Assembly (NCBI GenBank): GCA_052055015.1
Contig: JBQJIT010000061.1
Direction: 5' to 3' (one strand)
DNA: 37,833 nucleotides
Source of the DNA: Malassezia furfur
Taxonomy: Eukaryota
Shown here: positions 1 to 10,636 of the stretch, one piece after another
Numbering within the stretch: the first letter of the stretch is position 1
Layout: the number at the start of each line of letters is the position of its first letter
Translations under genes and position numbers: made by a program
Notes under the pieces: model-generated
The model's database searches: none
What the model was told of the DNA's origin: nothing
The model's input: only the letters and a program-made list of their open reading frames with translations

Positions 1-1369
1 TCGGCGTGCGCGTGCTGCTCTCGTGGTGGACGCTGTGGGGCGAGGAGCTCACGACCAGCACCGGGCTTGCGACATCGATGGACCGCATCGAGCTACGTAC
101 GTGCCCAGCTGACACCCAGTGCGCGAAATGCATGCGCTGCTCACGGCGTGGCACGTCGACGCCCGCGCCGTGTGGGCCTCGCTGTCCGTGCACCACTCGC
201 CGCTGCTCCTCGTGCTCGGCGAGCGCTTCATCATGCACCCTGTGTGCTCTGCGGCGCTGTGGATCGCGATGGACGTCGCGGCGGGCCTGGCGCTTGCCGC
301 CGTCGTCCACCGGCGCGCGTCGCAGCAGCCGCAGACGCCGTTCCTGACGCCCGCAGCGGTCGCGGCCTGGTACGTGGCGCGCTAACGCAGTTACTGGCTC
401 AACCCCTACACGATTGCGTGCTGTGCGGCCAAGTCGATGGCGACGCTGCGCGCCCTGCTCGTCGCTGCGTCGGTGCTGTCCGCCGTGCACGGCGCGTCGT
501 GGGGCCTGGCGCTCGCCCACACGCTCGGCACGCTGCTGTTCCTCACGCCCGCGATGCTCACGCCCGCGCTCGTGCTGCTCGGCGCGGACACGCACACCGC
601 GTACGGCCGCTGGCGCGCGCACTTTGGCGTGCGCCGCAGCGATGCGTGGTGGATGTGGACGCGCGCGGTGTGCGTGCGCATGGCGGCGGTGCTGGGCGCC
701 GGGCTGCTGGCGTCGTGGGTGCTTTCGCGCGACGCGAGCGGGCAGTTTGTGCGCAGCGTGTACGGCAGCCGCCTGCTGTTCGACGACCTGGCGCCGTCGT
801 CCGGCCTTGCGTGGTACTTTTTCGTGCAGATGTTTGAGCACTTCCAGTCGTTCTACGTGCTCGTGGTCAACGCCCACATGTGGGCGTACATGGTGCCGCT
901 CACGATCTACTACCGGTACGTGGTGTGCTGACGCAGCTCCGACCCGCTGTTTGCCGTGACGCTGCTGTACGGCATCGTGTGCCTCTTCCAAAACTACCCC
1001 TCGCTGAACGACACGGCGCTGTTTGTCGCGCTGTGGAGCGTGTCGGCGGGGCGCCTCGCCGACTGTACGTGGGCCACTGACACAGACTTGCGGCATCCGA
1101 TGGTCACGACGCTGCTCGTCGCGTACGCGACGCTGCTCATGCCCGCGTTCCACTACCTCTGGCTCTACGCGGGGTCGGCGAACGCCAACTTTTCCTATGC
1201 CGTCAACCTCGTGCATGCGCTCGGCATCGGGAGCCTCGTGCTCGACGCGGCGTGGGCGTGGGGGCACGAGCGCTGGGAGCGCGAGCGGCCGGCGGTGCCT
1301 GCACCGCCGCCCGACACGCCGCCCAAGCAGCCAGGCGCACGGCGCCGGCGTATCGTAGTGCAGCGCTAG
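1..1369 (+). CDS. GAB1: GPI transamidase subunit PIG-U/Gab1, 5'-partial; introns 97-119, 370-390, 916-936, 1065-1085
   Basis: Removing four GTACGT..CTRAC..CAG introns joins the ORF pieces into one hydrophobic protein with PIG-U-type motifs: HHSPLLL, YWLNPYTI, PSSGLAWYFFVQMFEHF, YPSLND, HYLWLYAGSANANFSYA. Stop TAG 1367-1369. The first intron is the least certain. Confidence 0.88.
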
Positions 1370-3459
1370 CGCGGAAACCAGGGGTGCCCGTGCGCCCCTT
1401 GCTCTGGCCGCCAAGGGCCGTGTGGCGCACGCAGCCGGGTATCGAGGCGCGCACACACGTGCGCGAGGTCGTCGAGCGCCGCGGCCGCCTCGTACGGGCA
1501 CAGCTGCGTCCAGGCGTCGCACCGGTACGCGTTCGCCTCGGAGATATGGCGCGCGCATGCAGTGAGGTGCGCATGCACCGCCGCGCGCGGCTTCTCGGGG
1601 CCCATGGAGGCGCGTGCATACGCCGTCCACGCCGTCCACAGTGCGGCGCCCGCGCACGGCGCCACGTCCGGCCGCATGACGTACAGCGACGCGGGCGGCG
1701 ACCACGCAGGGCGGCGCAGCCACTTGACGCGGCGCAGGAACGCGGCCTCGGCACACTCTGGCGCGATGGCGGCGTCCGCGGGGCCGTACAGGAGTAGGTA
1801 CAGCTGCGCATAGGCGGCGCAAAGCTCGGCGTGCGCGGCGCACTCGGCGGCGCAGCGGCGCAGCGGCGCACCCGTGTCGTCCGCGCGCGCCGGCAGCGCA
1901 AGTAGCGCCTGCGCGTTGGCGACGCGCTCGCGGAACGTCTCGGCGAGCAGGTAGTACTGTGCGGCGCGCTCCGTGTCGGCATACAGCGCGAGGTCGAAGC
2001 CCGCACCGATGATGTGTGTCTGCTGCACCAGCGCAAAAAAGCGCACGACGTACGCAAACGTCTGTTCGGAGAACGCGTGCGGCGCCAGTGCGTGGTGGAC
2101 GTCGGTGCCGATCTGCAGCGCCTCGTCCGCGAGGTCGGCCCACGTCGCGTACGCCTTGGAAAAGAGGCGTTTCTGCCGTGCGCGGTTCATAAGCAGCGTC
2201 GAGAGCAGCTGCACAAGCAGGCCCGCAAACCGTTCGAGGAAGCGCTGCGTGTGTGTCGCGACGAGCGAGCCTGCGTACCGCTGCTGCACCCACTCGAGGC
2301 GCACGAGGATGTCCTGCATCGAGACGCCTGCGACGCTGTCGATGGCAGCGAGCGCGACGTGCTCGAGGTCGTGCATCCCACTCGCAGATGTGCGCCCGTC
2401 GCTGATGCACGTCTGCGCCAAGGAGCGCACGAACGGGATCATGGCGTGCCGCTCAAAGGCAAGCGCTGCATGCGTCAGCACGCCGAGCCACGCGAGTACG
2501 TCGTCGGACGATACGATGCGCAGTGCGAGTGGGATGTCGGTGCACAGCACGTCGCGCCACCGCGTCCACGTCGTCGGTGCGTCCTGCGGCGTAAGCGGGC
2601 GCAGCGGAATGTGCGACGAATACGTGCGGCTCAGCGTCACGTCGAACAGGCCCTGCACGGCCGGCGGCCCGTGCGCAAGGAACGGCGACTGGAGCGGCAG
2701 GGGTGTGTCGTTTCCCGGCTCCAGCATCGCCCAGAAGCGCGCGCACCGCTCACGCTGCAGCTCGGCGCGTGTGACGTCCGGCGCGGCGGTGCAGAGCGCC
2801 GCGAGGCACAAAAGCCACGCCTTTTTCATCGCGAGCCGCGTGTGCACGGCACGCGTGCCATCTTCATCGACTTCGGCCGCCGCACGCATTGCCGCGTCCA
2901 GTTGCGCGGCGATGTCGGCGATCTCGACGCCGTCCGGGAGCGCCAGGCCACCGGGGTCGCCGCAAAAGTCCTCGCCGTCCAGCACGTGCTGCCGCAAGAG
3001 CTCGTGGTACTGCAGCGCGCAGCACTTGGCCGTCGCCAGCAGAAATGCAGTGAGGGCTGCGTGCGTCCAGTGGGGCGACGCCGGGGTGCGGTGCACGACG
3101 TAGCGGTGGTAGTACACACAGGTGTACAGTGTCTGACCGAGCGCGGCGCCGTGCATCCACTCGATCTCGAGCGCCAAGAGGCGGTCAAGCACAAAACACA
3201 GCTCGGGTGTACTGAGCTGCGCAGGCACGTCGCGTGGTGCGTGCACGCGGTCGCGCGCATCGATGAGGGCGGGGGGGTAGTCCATGCCGCCGTCCATGGC
3301 CGGGTCCATCACCTCGAGCGCGTGCATGAGCCGCTGGAGCGTGAAGCCCTGGGATGCCACGACCTGCTCGGGCGCGAGGCCTGCGTCAGTGTGCGCCGAC
3401 GTACCGTGCACGGCGTCCCAGAACACGTGCGTCGCGTCGCTGTAGTCTTCCTCGCTCAT
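1366..3459 (-). CDS. MAK10: NatC N-acetyltransferase auxiliary subunit Mak10/NAA35
   Basis: ATG at 3459 (MSEEDYSDAT). Mak10 motifs: FTLQRLMHALEVMDPAMDGG, EWMHGAALGQTLYTCVY, EDF, GFDLALY. No intron is needed. Confidence 0.88.
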   Translation of the reverse strand: MSEEDYSDATHVFWDAVHGTSAHTDAGLAPEQVVASQGFTLQRLMHALEVMDPAMDGGMDYPPALIDARDRVHAPRDVPAQLSTPELCFVLDRLLALEIEWMHGAALGQTLYTCVYYHRYVVHRTPASPHWTHAALTAFLLATAKCCALQYHELLRQHVLDGEDFCGDPGGLALPDGVEIADIAAQLDAAMRAAAEVDEDGTRAVHTRLAMKKAWLLCLAALCTAAPDVTRAELQRERCARFWAMLEPGNDTPLPLQSPFLAHGPPAVQGLFDVTLSRTYSSHIPLRPLTPQDAPTTWTRWRDVLCTDIPLALRIVSSDDVLAWLGVLTHAALAFERHAMIPFVRSLAQTCISDGRTSASGMHDLEHVALAAIDSVAGVSMQDILVRLEWVQQRYAGSLVATHTQRFLERFAGLLVQLLSTLLMNRARQKRLFSKAYATWADLADEALQIGTDVHHALAPHAFSEQTFAYVVRFFALVQQTHIIGAGFDLALYADTERAAQYYLLAETFRERVANAQALLALPARADDTGAPLRRCAAECAAHAELCAAYAQLYLLLYGPADAAIAPECAEAAFLRRVKWLRRPAWSPPASLYVMRPDVAPCAGAALWTAWTAYARASMGPEKPRAAVHAHLTACARHISEANAYRCDAWTQLCPYEAAAALDDLAHVCARLDTRLRAPHGPWRPEQGAHGHPWFPR

Positions 3460-3549
3460 GCGGACCTCCACGTCATGGCGCGACGCATCGGGCCATCGGG
3501 CACGACCTGGCCAGAGTGGAAGGCGGCGCTCCACACCCCGCACCAGCAC

Positions 3550-4806
3550 ATGCCCGGCTACGACCCAGTGCGCGATTCGCGCGGAGCCGATGCGGCGCCG
3601 CACGAGGCGCCCGACACGGACACGAGTGCGCCCGGTGTGAGTGCACCCACCTCTGTGCCCATGCCGCAACCAAGCGCGCCCGCGCCCGCCGACGCCAAGC
3701 CGATCCCCTACCAGCCCAAGTACCGCTGGAGCCAGCCCGACTCGGTGCTGCGGCCCATCACGCAGGCCGAGATCGACGAAGTGAAGGCCAACTCGCAGAA
3801 CCCGATGCGGTACCTCGACCGCCCCGCGGAGATGCCGCGCGTCGGCCGCGTGCGCCCGCGCAAGCATACGATGGACAACAGCGAGGCGGTCGCCGACCAC
3901 TACAACAAGCGGCGTGACGTCGGCCGCGAGGCACGCGAGGCGTCACCTATCCTACCACTCAAGCGCTTCAACAACTGGATCAAGTCGGGCCTGATCGCCA
4001 TGTTTGCGCGCCCCGCGCGCGATGCCAAGGCGAACGCGCGCGTGCTCGACATGGGGTGCGGCAAAGGCGGTGACCTGCTCAAGTGGGACCGGCAACACCC
4101 GTCGCTGCTGGTAATGATTGACATTGCCGAGGTGTCTGTAGCACAGGCGCAGCAGCGCTACGATGCGGGGCACTTCAAGTGGCCTGCGGCGTTCTTTGCG
4201 TTTGACTGCTTCCGCGAGCCGCTGGCGTACCACATCCCCGAGGAGATGCTGGAGCCGCAGTTTGACACGGTCACGATGCAGTTCTGCATGCACTACGGCT
4301 GGGACACGGAGGAGCATGCGCGCATGATGCTCGAGAATGCCACCAAGCACCTACGCCTGGGCGGCACGTTCCTAGGGACGACGCTCGACGCCGACACGCT
4401 CATGGCGCGTCTTGAGGCGCTGGACGATGCGGATGCGCTGGCGTTCGGCAACGACAACTACCGCATTGAGTTTGAGCATCGGTACGCGCCGGGCGAGAAG
4501 CCGTTCGGGAACAAGTACCGCTTCTGGCTCGAGGACGCGGTGGACGATGTGGCCGAGTACGTCGTCGACTGGCCGACGTTTGAGCGCCTCGCGAACGAGT
4601 ACGGGCTGCGGCTGCTGTACAAGGCGCGCTTCGACCAGGTGCTTGCCGACGGCTATGCGCGCCCGCAGCTGCGCTCGCTGCTCGAGCGCATGCGTGTGAT
4701 CGACGCCGAGGAGGTCGCGCAGACGGGCGTGGTGACGCCCGCGATGCCGCCGGCGCTATGGGATGTGTGCACGTTGTACATAGGCTTTGCGTTTGAGAAG
4801 GTCTAA
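3550..4806 (+). CDS. ABD1: mRNA cap guanine-N7 methyltransferase
   Basis: Motifs VADHYN, SPILPLKRFNNWIKS, VLDMGCGKGGDLLKW, QFCMHY, EYVV. Start taken at MPGYDPVRD (3550); an in-frame ATG also exists at 3475. Confidence 0.93.
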   Translation: MPGYDPVRDSRGADAAPHEAPDTDTSAPGVSAPTSVPMPQPSAPAPADAKPIPYQPKYRWSQPDSVLRPITQAEIDEVKANSQNPMRYLDRPAEMPRVGRVRPRKHTMDNSEAVADHYNKRRDVGREAREASPILPLKRFNNWIKSGLIAMFARPARDAKANARVLDMGCGKGGDLLKWDRQHPSLLVMIDIAEVSVAQAQQRYDAGHFKWPAAFFAFDCFREPLAYHIPEEMLEPQFDTVTMQFCMHYGWDTEEHARMMLENATKHLRLGGTFLGTTLDADTLMARLEALDDADALAFGNDNYRIEFEHRYAPGEKPFGNKYRFWLEDAVDDVAEYVVDWPTFERLANEYGLRLLYKARFDQVLADGYARPQLRSLLERMRVIDAEEVAQTGVVTPAMPPALWDVCTLYIGFAFEKV

Positions 4807-4815
4807 TGGCGCTGC

Positions 4816-7800
4816 CTAGCAGTTCAGTACCGCGTGGCACCGCGTGCACAGCGGCTCAGAGGGCGCGCGCTGGTGCTTCCAGCACCGCGGGCACTTTTCC
4901 AGCGGCGACGGGCGCAGCGATACACCGCCATGCGGCAGTGTGCGCCGCCACGCTGCGGGCTGCGACTCGACGGAGGCCGCATCGGTGTGCAGGCACACGG
5001 AGGCGACCAGCAGGACGTCGGCGAGCTCGTCGAGGTACGGCGTGAGGAACGCCGCCTCGTCGTCCGACACGAGCAGGTTGACGGCGCACTCGGGTGCGGA
5101 CTTGACCAGTCTGGGTGAGTGGGGCGCGACGTACTGCTCGTTCTTGCACTGCGTCAGCAGCGTGTAGACGTCGGAACGGATGCGAAGGATGCGCCGCATG
5201 TCGTCCGCCGCCTGTGGGTCGTGCCACGCCGGGTCTGCGGACTGCCACCCGCGCGTGAACACCGAAGGGACCGTCTCGCCCGGCGCCGGGTCGGCCGTGC
5301 GCCCGTCGCGGTACCAGTGGATGTCCTCGGCGAGGTGCGGCAGGATCGGCGCGAAAAGGCTCGTGAGCGTCGAGAGGATCCGGTCGAGCACCGCGCGGAT
5401 GGCGTCGCTCCGCACGCCGCCCGCGTACAGTGGGTCCTTGGCGACGTCGAGGTACAGCGCCGAGAGCGTCGTGGTGACAAACTCATTGAGGCGGCGCGAG
5501 ACTGGGTCAGCGAAGGCGACGTACCTTTGGCAAAGTCGTACTGGGCGTAGGCGTCGCGGCACGTCGTCTCGAGGACGTAGAGCTCGTGCAGGACGTAGCG
5601 GTCAATCAGCGTGCGCTCCTCGGGGAGGGGAACGCCGCGCGGCACCCCGCCGAGGTTCGCGAGGAGGAAGCGCGCCGAGTTGCGCAGCTTGCGCACCTCG
5701 TCGCTCGCGTGCTTCATGATCAGTGGGCTGATAGGAATGTCGCGCGTGTAGTCCGTCTTGGCGGCCCACCAGCGCAGGACGTCGGTGCCGAGCGGCGCGA
5801 CGCCCTTTTTCGCGTCGCCATACAGGAAGGTGTCGGGGGTGACGACGTTGCCGAGCGACTTGGACATCTTGCGGCCCGCCTCGTCGACGACAAACCCGTG
5901 CGTAAGCAGGTGCGCGTAGGGCGCCGCGCCGTCGCACGTCGCGACGCGCGTCAGCAGCGACGACTGGAACCAGCCGCGGTGCTGATCGGTGCCTTCGATG
6001 TACACGCCTGCGCATGTGCCGGGCGCGCACAGCTCGAGGCCGCGCGCCTTTTGCAGCGTCGCCCACGACGAGCCCGAGTCGAACCAGACGTCGAGCGTGT
6101 CGTGCTTGACGACCCACTGGGCGCCCGGCGTGCGGTAGGCGGGCGCGACAAACGTCTCCGCAGGGAGTGTCCACCACACGTCGGTGGTCTGGTGCTCGGC
6201 AAAGACGCCCAGGATGTGCCGCACATTGTCCTCGGTCAGCAGTGCCTCGCCCGTCTCGGCGTTGTACACGGCCGGGAGCGGCACGCCCCATGCGCGCTGC
6301 CGCGAGATGCACCACTCGGAGCGCCGCCCGACGAGGCTCTTGAGCCGGTTGCGCCCGGTGGCCGGCACAAAGAGCACGTCGTCGAGCGCGCGCTGCGCGG
6401 CAGGGCCGACGTCGGACAGGTCCGCAAACCACTGCGCCGTGGCACGCACGAGCAGCGGCTTCTTGGTGCGCCAGTCGATCGGGTACGAGTGCCGGTACGG
6501 CTGCTCGCCCAGAAGCATGCCGTGCTCGTGCAGGAGACGCACCATCGCTGCGTTCCCGTCGCCGAGCGCCTCCTGCCCGTCGAGCTGCGCGAGCGCCGCC
6601 TGCAGCGCATCCGTCGTGCCCATGCCCTCGGGGACGCGCATGCGCCCGTGGTCGTCGATCGGCGACACCACCCCGCGCTCCGCGAGGCGGCCGGACTGCA
6701 CCCACAGCTCATAGTCCTCGTGGCCGTGCGCGGGCGCCATGTGGACGACACCGGTGCCTGACGAGGTCGTCACGAACGGCGCAGCGACGATCTCGCGCAC
6801 CTCGCCGGGCGCCATCAGCCCAAACGAGTACGCGGCCCCCACGAGGTCCGCGCCCATGCACGTCGCGACGCGCTCCGTAGGGCCGAGGCGCGCACGTTCG
6901 CCGCGCACGGCCATCCCCAGCGGGACGTCGGCGAGCGCCGCCTGCAGCTCGCTGGCGACGAGCAGCAGCTCGCCGTTCTCGCAGCGCACAAGCGCATACT
7001 CTGCGTCGGGGTGCACGGCGAGCGCCATGTTGCCCAGCAGCGACCACGGCGTCGTGGTCCACACCGCGAGGTGCACCGGCTCCTCCACGCCGAGCGTGCG
7101 GGCGAGCGCGTCGTGCGGCTGGAGGCGGAAGCGCAGGTAGGCACTGCGGCTGCGGTGCTTTTCGTCGTACTCGATCTCGGCCTCGGCGAGCGCCGTGTGC
7201 GACGACGGCGACCAGTACACGGGCCGGTAGTGCTGCTCAATGAGGCCCTGGCCGACCATCGTGGCAAAAACCTCGAGCTGCGTCATCTCATACGCGAGGT
7301 CCATCGTGCGGTAGGTGTGCGCCTCGTCCCAGTCGGCCATGATTGCATAGTCCTGGAACGCGGCACGCTGGCCGCGCATCTCGCGCTGTGCGACGCTGCG
7401 CGCCGCCGCGCGGACGTCGGTCGCGCTGAGCGTCTGGCCGCCGGCCTCGGCGACCGCCTTGAGCTCGATCGGCAGGCCGTGGCAGTCCCAGCCGGGCATG
7501 TAGCTACGAGGTGAGCGTGGTCGACGTACTGGACGCGGCGCCCCTGCAGGACGTGGAAGCGCAGAATAAAGTCTTTGAGCATCTTGTTCAGTGCATGGCC
7601 TGTGTCAGAGCGGCGGCGCGCTGCGTACCCATGTGCAGGCTCCCGTTCGCATAGGGCGGCCCGTCGTGCAGCACTAAGTCCGGCTGCCCATCGCCGCCGA
7701 GGTGCGCGCGCTGCCAGCGGTACAGGTCGGTGGTCGTCGCTGGGCGGAAGAGCGGCTCGCGCTCCGTTGCGCGCGCGCGCAGGCTGAAGTGCGTGTGCGG

Positions 7801-7920
7801 AAGATGCAGCGTGTCCCTGTACGAGTGCTCTGTGTCTGGCGGCTGCGGCCGCGCGAGGACGCGCGCGCTGGTGCACAGGCGGCGCACCGGCGCGCGCAAC
7901 GCCGACCAGCTGGGCGCCAT
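4816..7920 (-). CDS. ISM1: Mitochondrial isoleucyl-tRNA synthetase; introns 7600-7628, 7504-7529, 5502-5524, 5111-5134
   Basis: Arg/Ser-rich N-terminal presequence. After splicing: [20 protein letters not shown] (HIGH motif), PGWDCHGLPIE, WTTTPW, WCISRQRAWG, KMSKS, and C-terminal CPRCW..CTRC zinc finger. Confidence 0.93.
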
Positions 7921-7980
7921 CCGTGCGAAAGGAAGCGAGCTGACTCAGCCTTCGTCCGACTTACTTTTTTCCGCCGGAAG

Positions 7981-8807
7981 ATGAGCGATTGGGGTGCGTC
8001 GCCGTGGGTCTGACCAGCAGAGAACGACGACGAAGTGCAGCCTGTGCCGCGCGTCGTGGGCCGCCGTCGGTTCGAGGACGAGGACAAAGAGGAGGAGCCT
8101 GAAGATTGGGACGCGGAGGAGGAGGAGAAGCCCAAGCCCGCGCCGGTGAAGCCCGCACCCAAACCCGCGGCGCGTCCGGGGAAGGCCAAGAAGAACTTTG
8201 GCAAGGGCACCGAGATCAACCGCCGTGGTGTCGCTGGCGAGGAGACGGGTCTTGAGGACTGGGAGGGCCCGATCGATGAGGCGGAGCGCAAGCGCCGGCA
8301 GCGCGAGGCCGAGCTCAAGTCCGACCTGGACAACGCCGCGGCGCTCTTTGGCGGCGTGCAGTTGGACGAGGAAGAGCCTGCGCCCAGCAAGGCGGCGGCG
8401 CCCGCCGCGAGCTCGGAGCTTGCGCAGGCGCAGCCGACCACCAAGGAGCAGTGGGAGAAATATGCCAACGACGTCTACGAGGCGTACGTCAAGCCACAGG
8501 CGAGCCGTGGGGGCTTTGACAAGCATTTCTTCCCGCACTTCCTCACGCTGCTCACCTCCAACGGCCTGCGTGACGTGGACATGCGCAAGGGCTCGACGAA
8601 GCTGCGCGAGGCCGCCGAGGCCAAGGTCAAGGCGGACAAGGAGCTGAAGCGCACGGGCGGCAACAAGACGGTGGCCGCCGCCAAGGCGAAGCCGAAGCAG
8701 GTCGGCACCTCCAGTGCCAAGAACACGTACGTTCTACCTTACTCATTACCAGTTTCGACCTGGAAGCCTACGGAGACGAGGCGCTCGACGATGACGACTT
8801 TATGTAG
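7981..8807 (+). CDS. HCR1: Translation initiation factor eIF3 subunit J; introns 7994-8020, 8727-8752
   Basis: Spliced product starts MSDWENDD, has acidic EDWD patches and SDLDNAAALFG, and ends with the typical eIF3j ..DDDDFM-stop (TAG 8805-8807). Confidence 0.9.
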
Positions 8808-8833
8808 GGGATGGTTGGTATACAGATGCCTGC

Positions 8834-10462
8834 TTAGGTTTGCGTAATGAGCAGTGCTCGCACCCGGCCGAGCGCATCCTGGGCCCATGCATTGTATACG
8901 CGCAGGCCGCGACGCACCTGCGCGAGCAACTCGTCGATGGCCGCGGGCGGCGCTGGTGCACCGGACAGCGCCGTGTCGCCGGCATGCGCCTTGATCGGCG
9001 AGACGCCCGGCGCAGGGAGCACGCTGTGGTGCTCAGCGGCGCGCAAATCGTCGACTTCGACCACCTCATCCGCGTGCAGGTCCAGCTTCCAGCCGCGGAC
9101 GACGCACTCGTGCGCATCGGCGGCGAGCCACTGGTACCAGTACAGCGTAATGGGTGCCGTCGACAGATGCCACAGCGCGTGCGCATCGATCAGGCGGAGC
9201 ACCGGCGGGAAATCGAACAGTTCGAGACCGGGCAGCACAAACATCACAAGCACCAGCACGATAAGCCGCCGGCGCTGCGCGTCCGAGAAGTAGGGCACGA
9301 AGCGCGTCGCTGCGCGCGAGGCTGCATGCGCCTCGCCGCCTTTGTCCTTGAGCAACGCCTCGGCCTGCTCATGGCCGCTGACGCGCAGCGCCAGCGAGCG
9401 CACAAAGTGGGGCGCAAACGCCGCAGCGAGCCACACCAGATTGTGCAGGACGCCGACGGCAGTACACGCGGCCATGTTGTACGAGTAGTCGAGACGCCAG
9501 TGGGACAAGAGGTAGAGCACATGCAGGACCCATGCACCCCCACACACGGCGAGCCAGCGCTGGTAGGTCTGTGTGCCCGGAGTGATGTATGCGATGCGGC
9601 AGCCCGTGAAAAACAGGCCGGAAAGGAGCACGGCAGCGGCCAAGAAGTAGTCCAGGCGCTCGGTCCACCACAAATCGCGCGTGTGGAAGAGGGCACTGGC
9701 GGTCCATGCAGCGATGCTGATCCGCGCATGACGCAGGTAGGCCGCCTTCAGTGGATAGGTGCTCGGCACCTGCTCGCGCAGTAGGTGGCGCAAGGCGTAA
9801 ACGTGTACCACAAGGTTCAGCACCGAGAAGAGCACCGAGAACGGCTCCTGCATGCCAAGCACCCGCAGCTGTGCCCACTTGCCATAGAACTGCACGGTCT
9901 GCTTGTCGACGCGGGGAAGCCACCCGAGTTGCTTTTGGATGCGCTCCTCGGCCACCTGGCGGATGGTGCTCTCGGGCCACAGCGGCTCGGGTGCGGAGTG
10001 CATCAGCGGAATACACACGCCATTCGTGTCGGAAAACGCCTCGCCCTCACATGCCGGGTCGAGCGTCTGACCGGCGTCGCGCCACGCGAGTTGGCTGTTC
10101 CACCGCTCGTGCTGTGTGCGCAATGCGTCCTGCTCGGCACGCAGTGTGTCGTACACATTGGCACGGATGTCACGCACACGTTTGTGTGCCTCGTTGGTGA
10201 TGCGGTGCGTGCAGTGGTACGCGCAGTTCGACTCACACGTCCAGCCTGTGAGCACCAAGTACCACGGCAGGGGGTCGGACGGCACGATCGTGTCGTCGGT
10301 GAACGGCAGTGGGCGGTGGTTCCGGCAGGTGTCGGTGACGCACGACGCGACGCACCGCTGGAACTTTGGGGAGCGGTCACCTTCCGAGCCAAGCACCCAC
10401 GCCGGGAGCACAGCGAGCACACACACGAGCACGACGCGCATGAGGAAGGTGGGGCCGGCCAT
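8834..10462 (-). CDS. PER1: Per1/PGAP3 GPI-remodelling phospholipase A2-like protein
   Basis: Signal peptide, then SEGDRSPKFQRC, WTCESNCAYHC, VQFYGKW, QEPFSVLFS, FHTRD, TERLDYF, ELFDFPP, DAHALWH. Alternative start at 10441. Confidence 0.92.
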   Translation of the reverse strand: MAGPTFLMRVVLVCVLAVLPAWVLGSEGDRSPKFQRCVASCVTDTCRNHRPLPFTDDTIVPSDPLPWYLVLTGWTCESNCAYHCTHRITNEAHKRVRDIRANVYDTLRAEQDALRTQHERWNSQLAWRDAGQTLDPACEGEAFSDTNGVCIPLMHSAPEPLWPESTIRQVAEERIQKQLGWLPRVDKQTVQFYGKWAQLRVLGMQEPFSVLFSVLNLVVHVYALRHLLREQVPSTYPLKAAYLRHARISIAAWTASALFHTRDLWWTERLDYFLAAAVLLSGLFFTGCRIAYITPGTQTYQRWLAVCGGAWVLHVLYLLSHWRLDYSYNMAACTAVGVLHNLVWLAAAFAPHFVRSLALRVSGHEQAEALLKDKGGEAHAASRAATRFVPYFSDAQRRRLIVLVLVMFVLPGLELFDFPPVLRLIDAHALWHLSTAPITLYWYQWLAADAHECVVRGWKLDLHADEVVEVDDLRAAEHHSVLPAPGVSPIKAHAGDTALSGAPAPPAAIDELLAQVRRGLRVYNAWAQDALGRVRALLITQT

Positions 10463-10636
10463 ACTTCCTGGCCGCGCGTTCCGATTCGCACAAAGGTGCC
10501 TCACAAGCCTTGCCAGCGACACGCAGCACGACTCGGACGCCGCGTGATCGAAGACAGCAGGGAGCGGGCGGCGGGGGCTCGGCGTACATGTTAGACGGGC
10601 CCGGTAGGTCGACGCTTAAATCCTACGGGGTATCTG

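Noticed and set aside
2014..3900. Apparent long overlap of MAK10 and ABD1 in the ORF track
   Set aside because: The extensions are antisense shadows; conserved sequence starts at 3459 (-) and 3550 (+).
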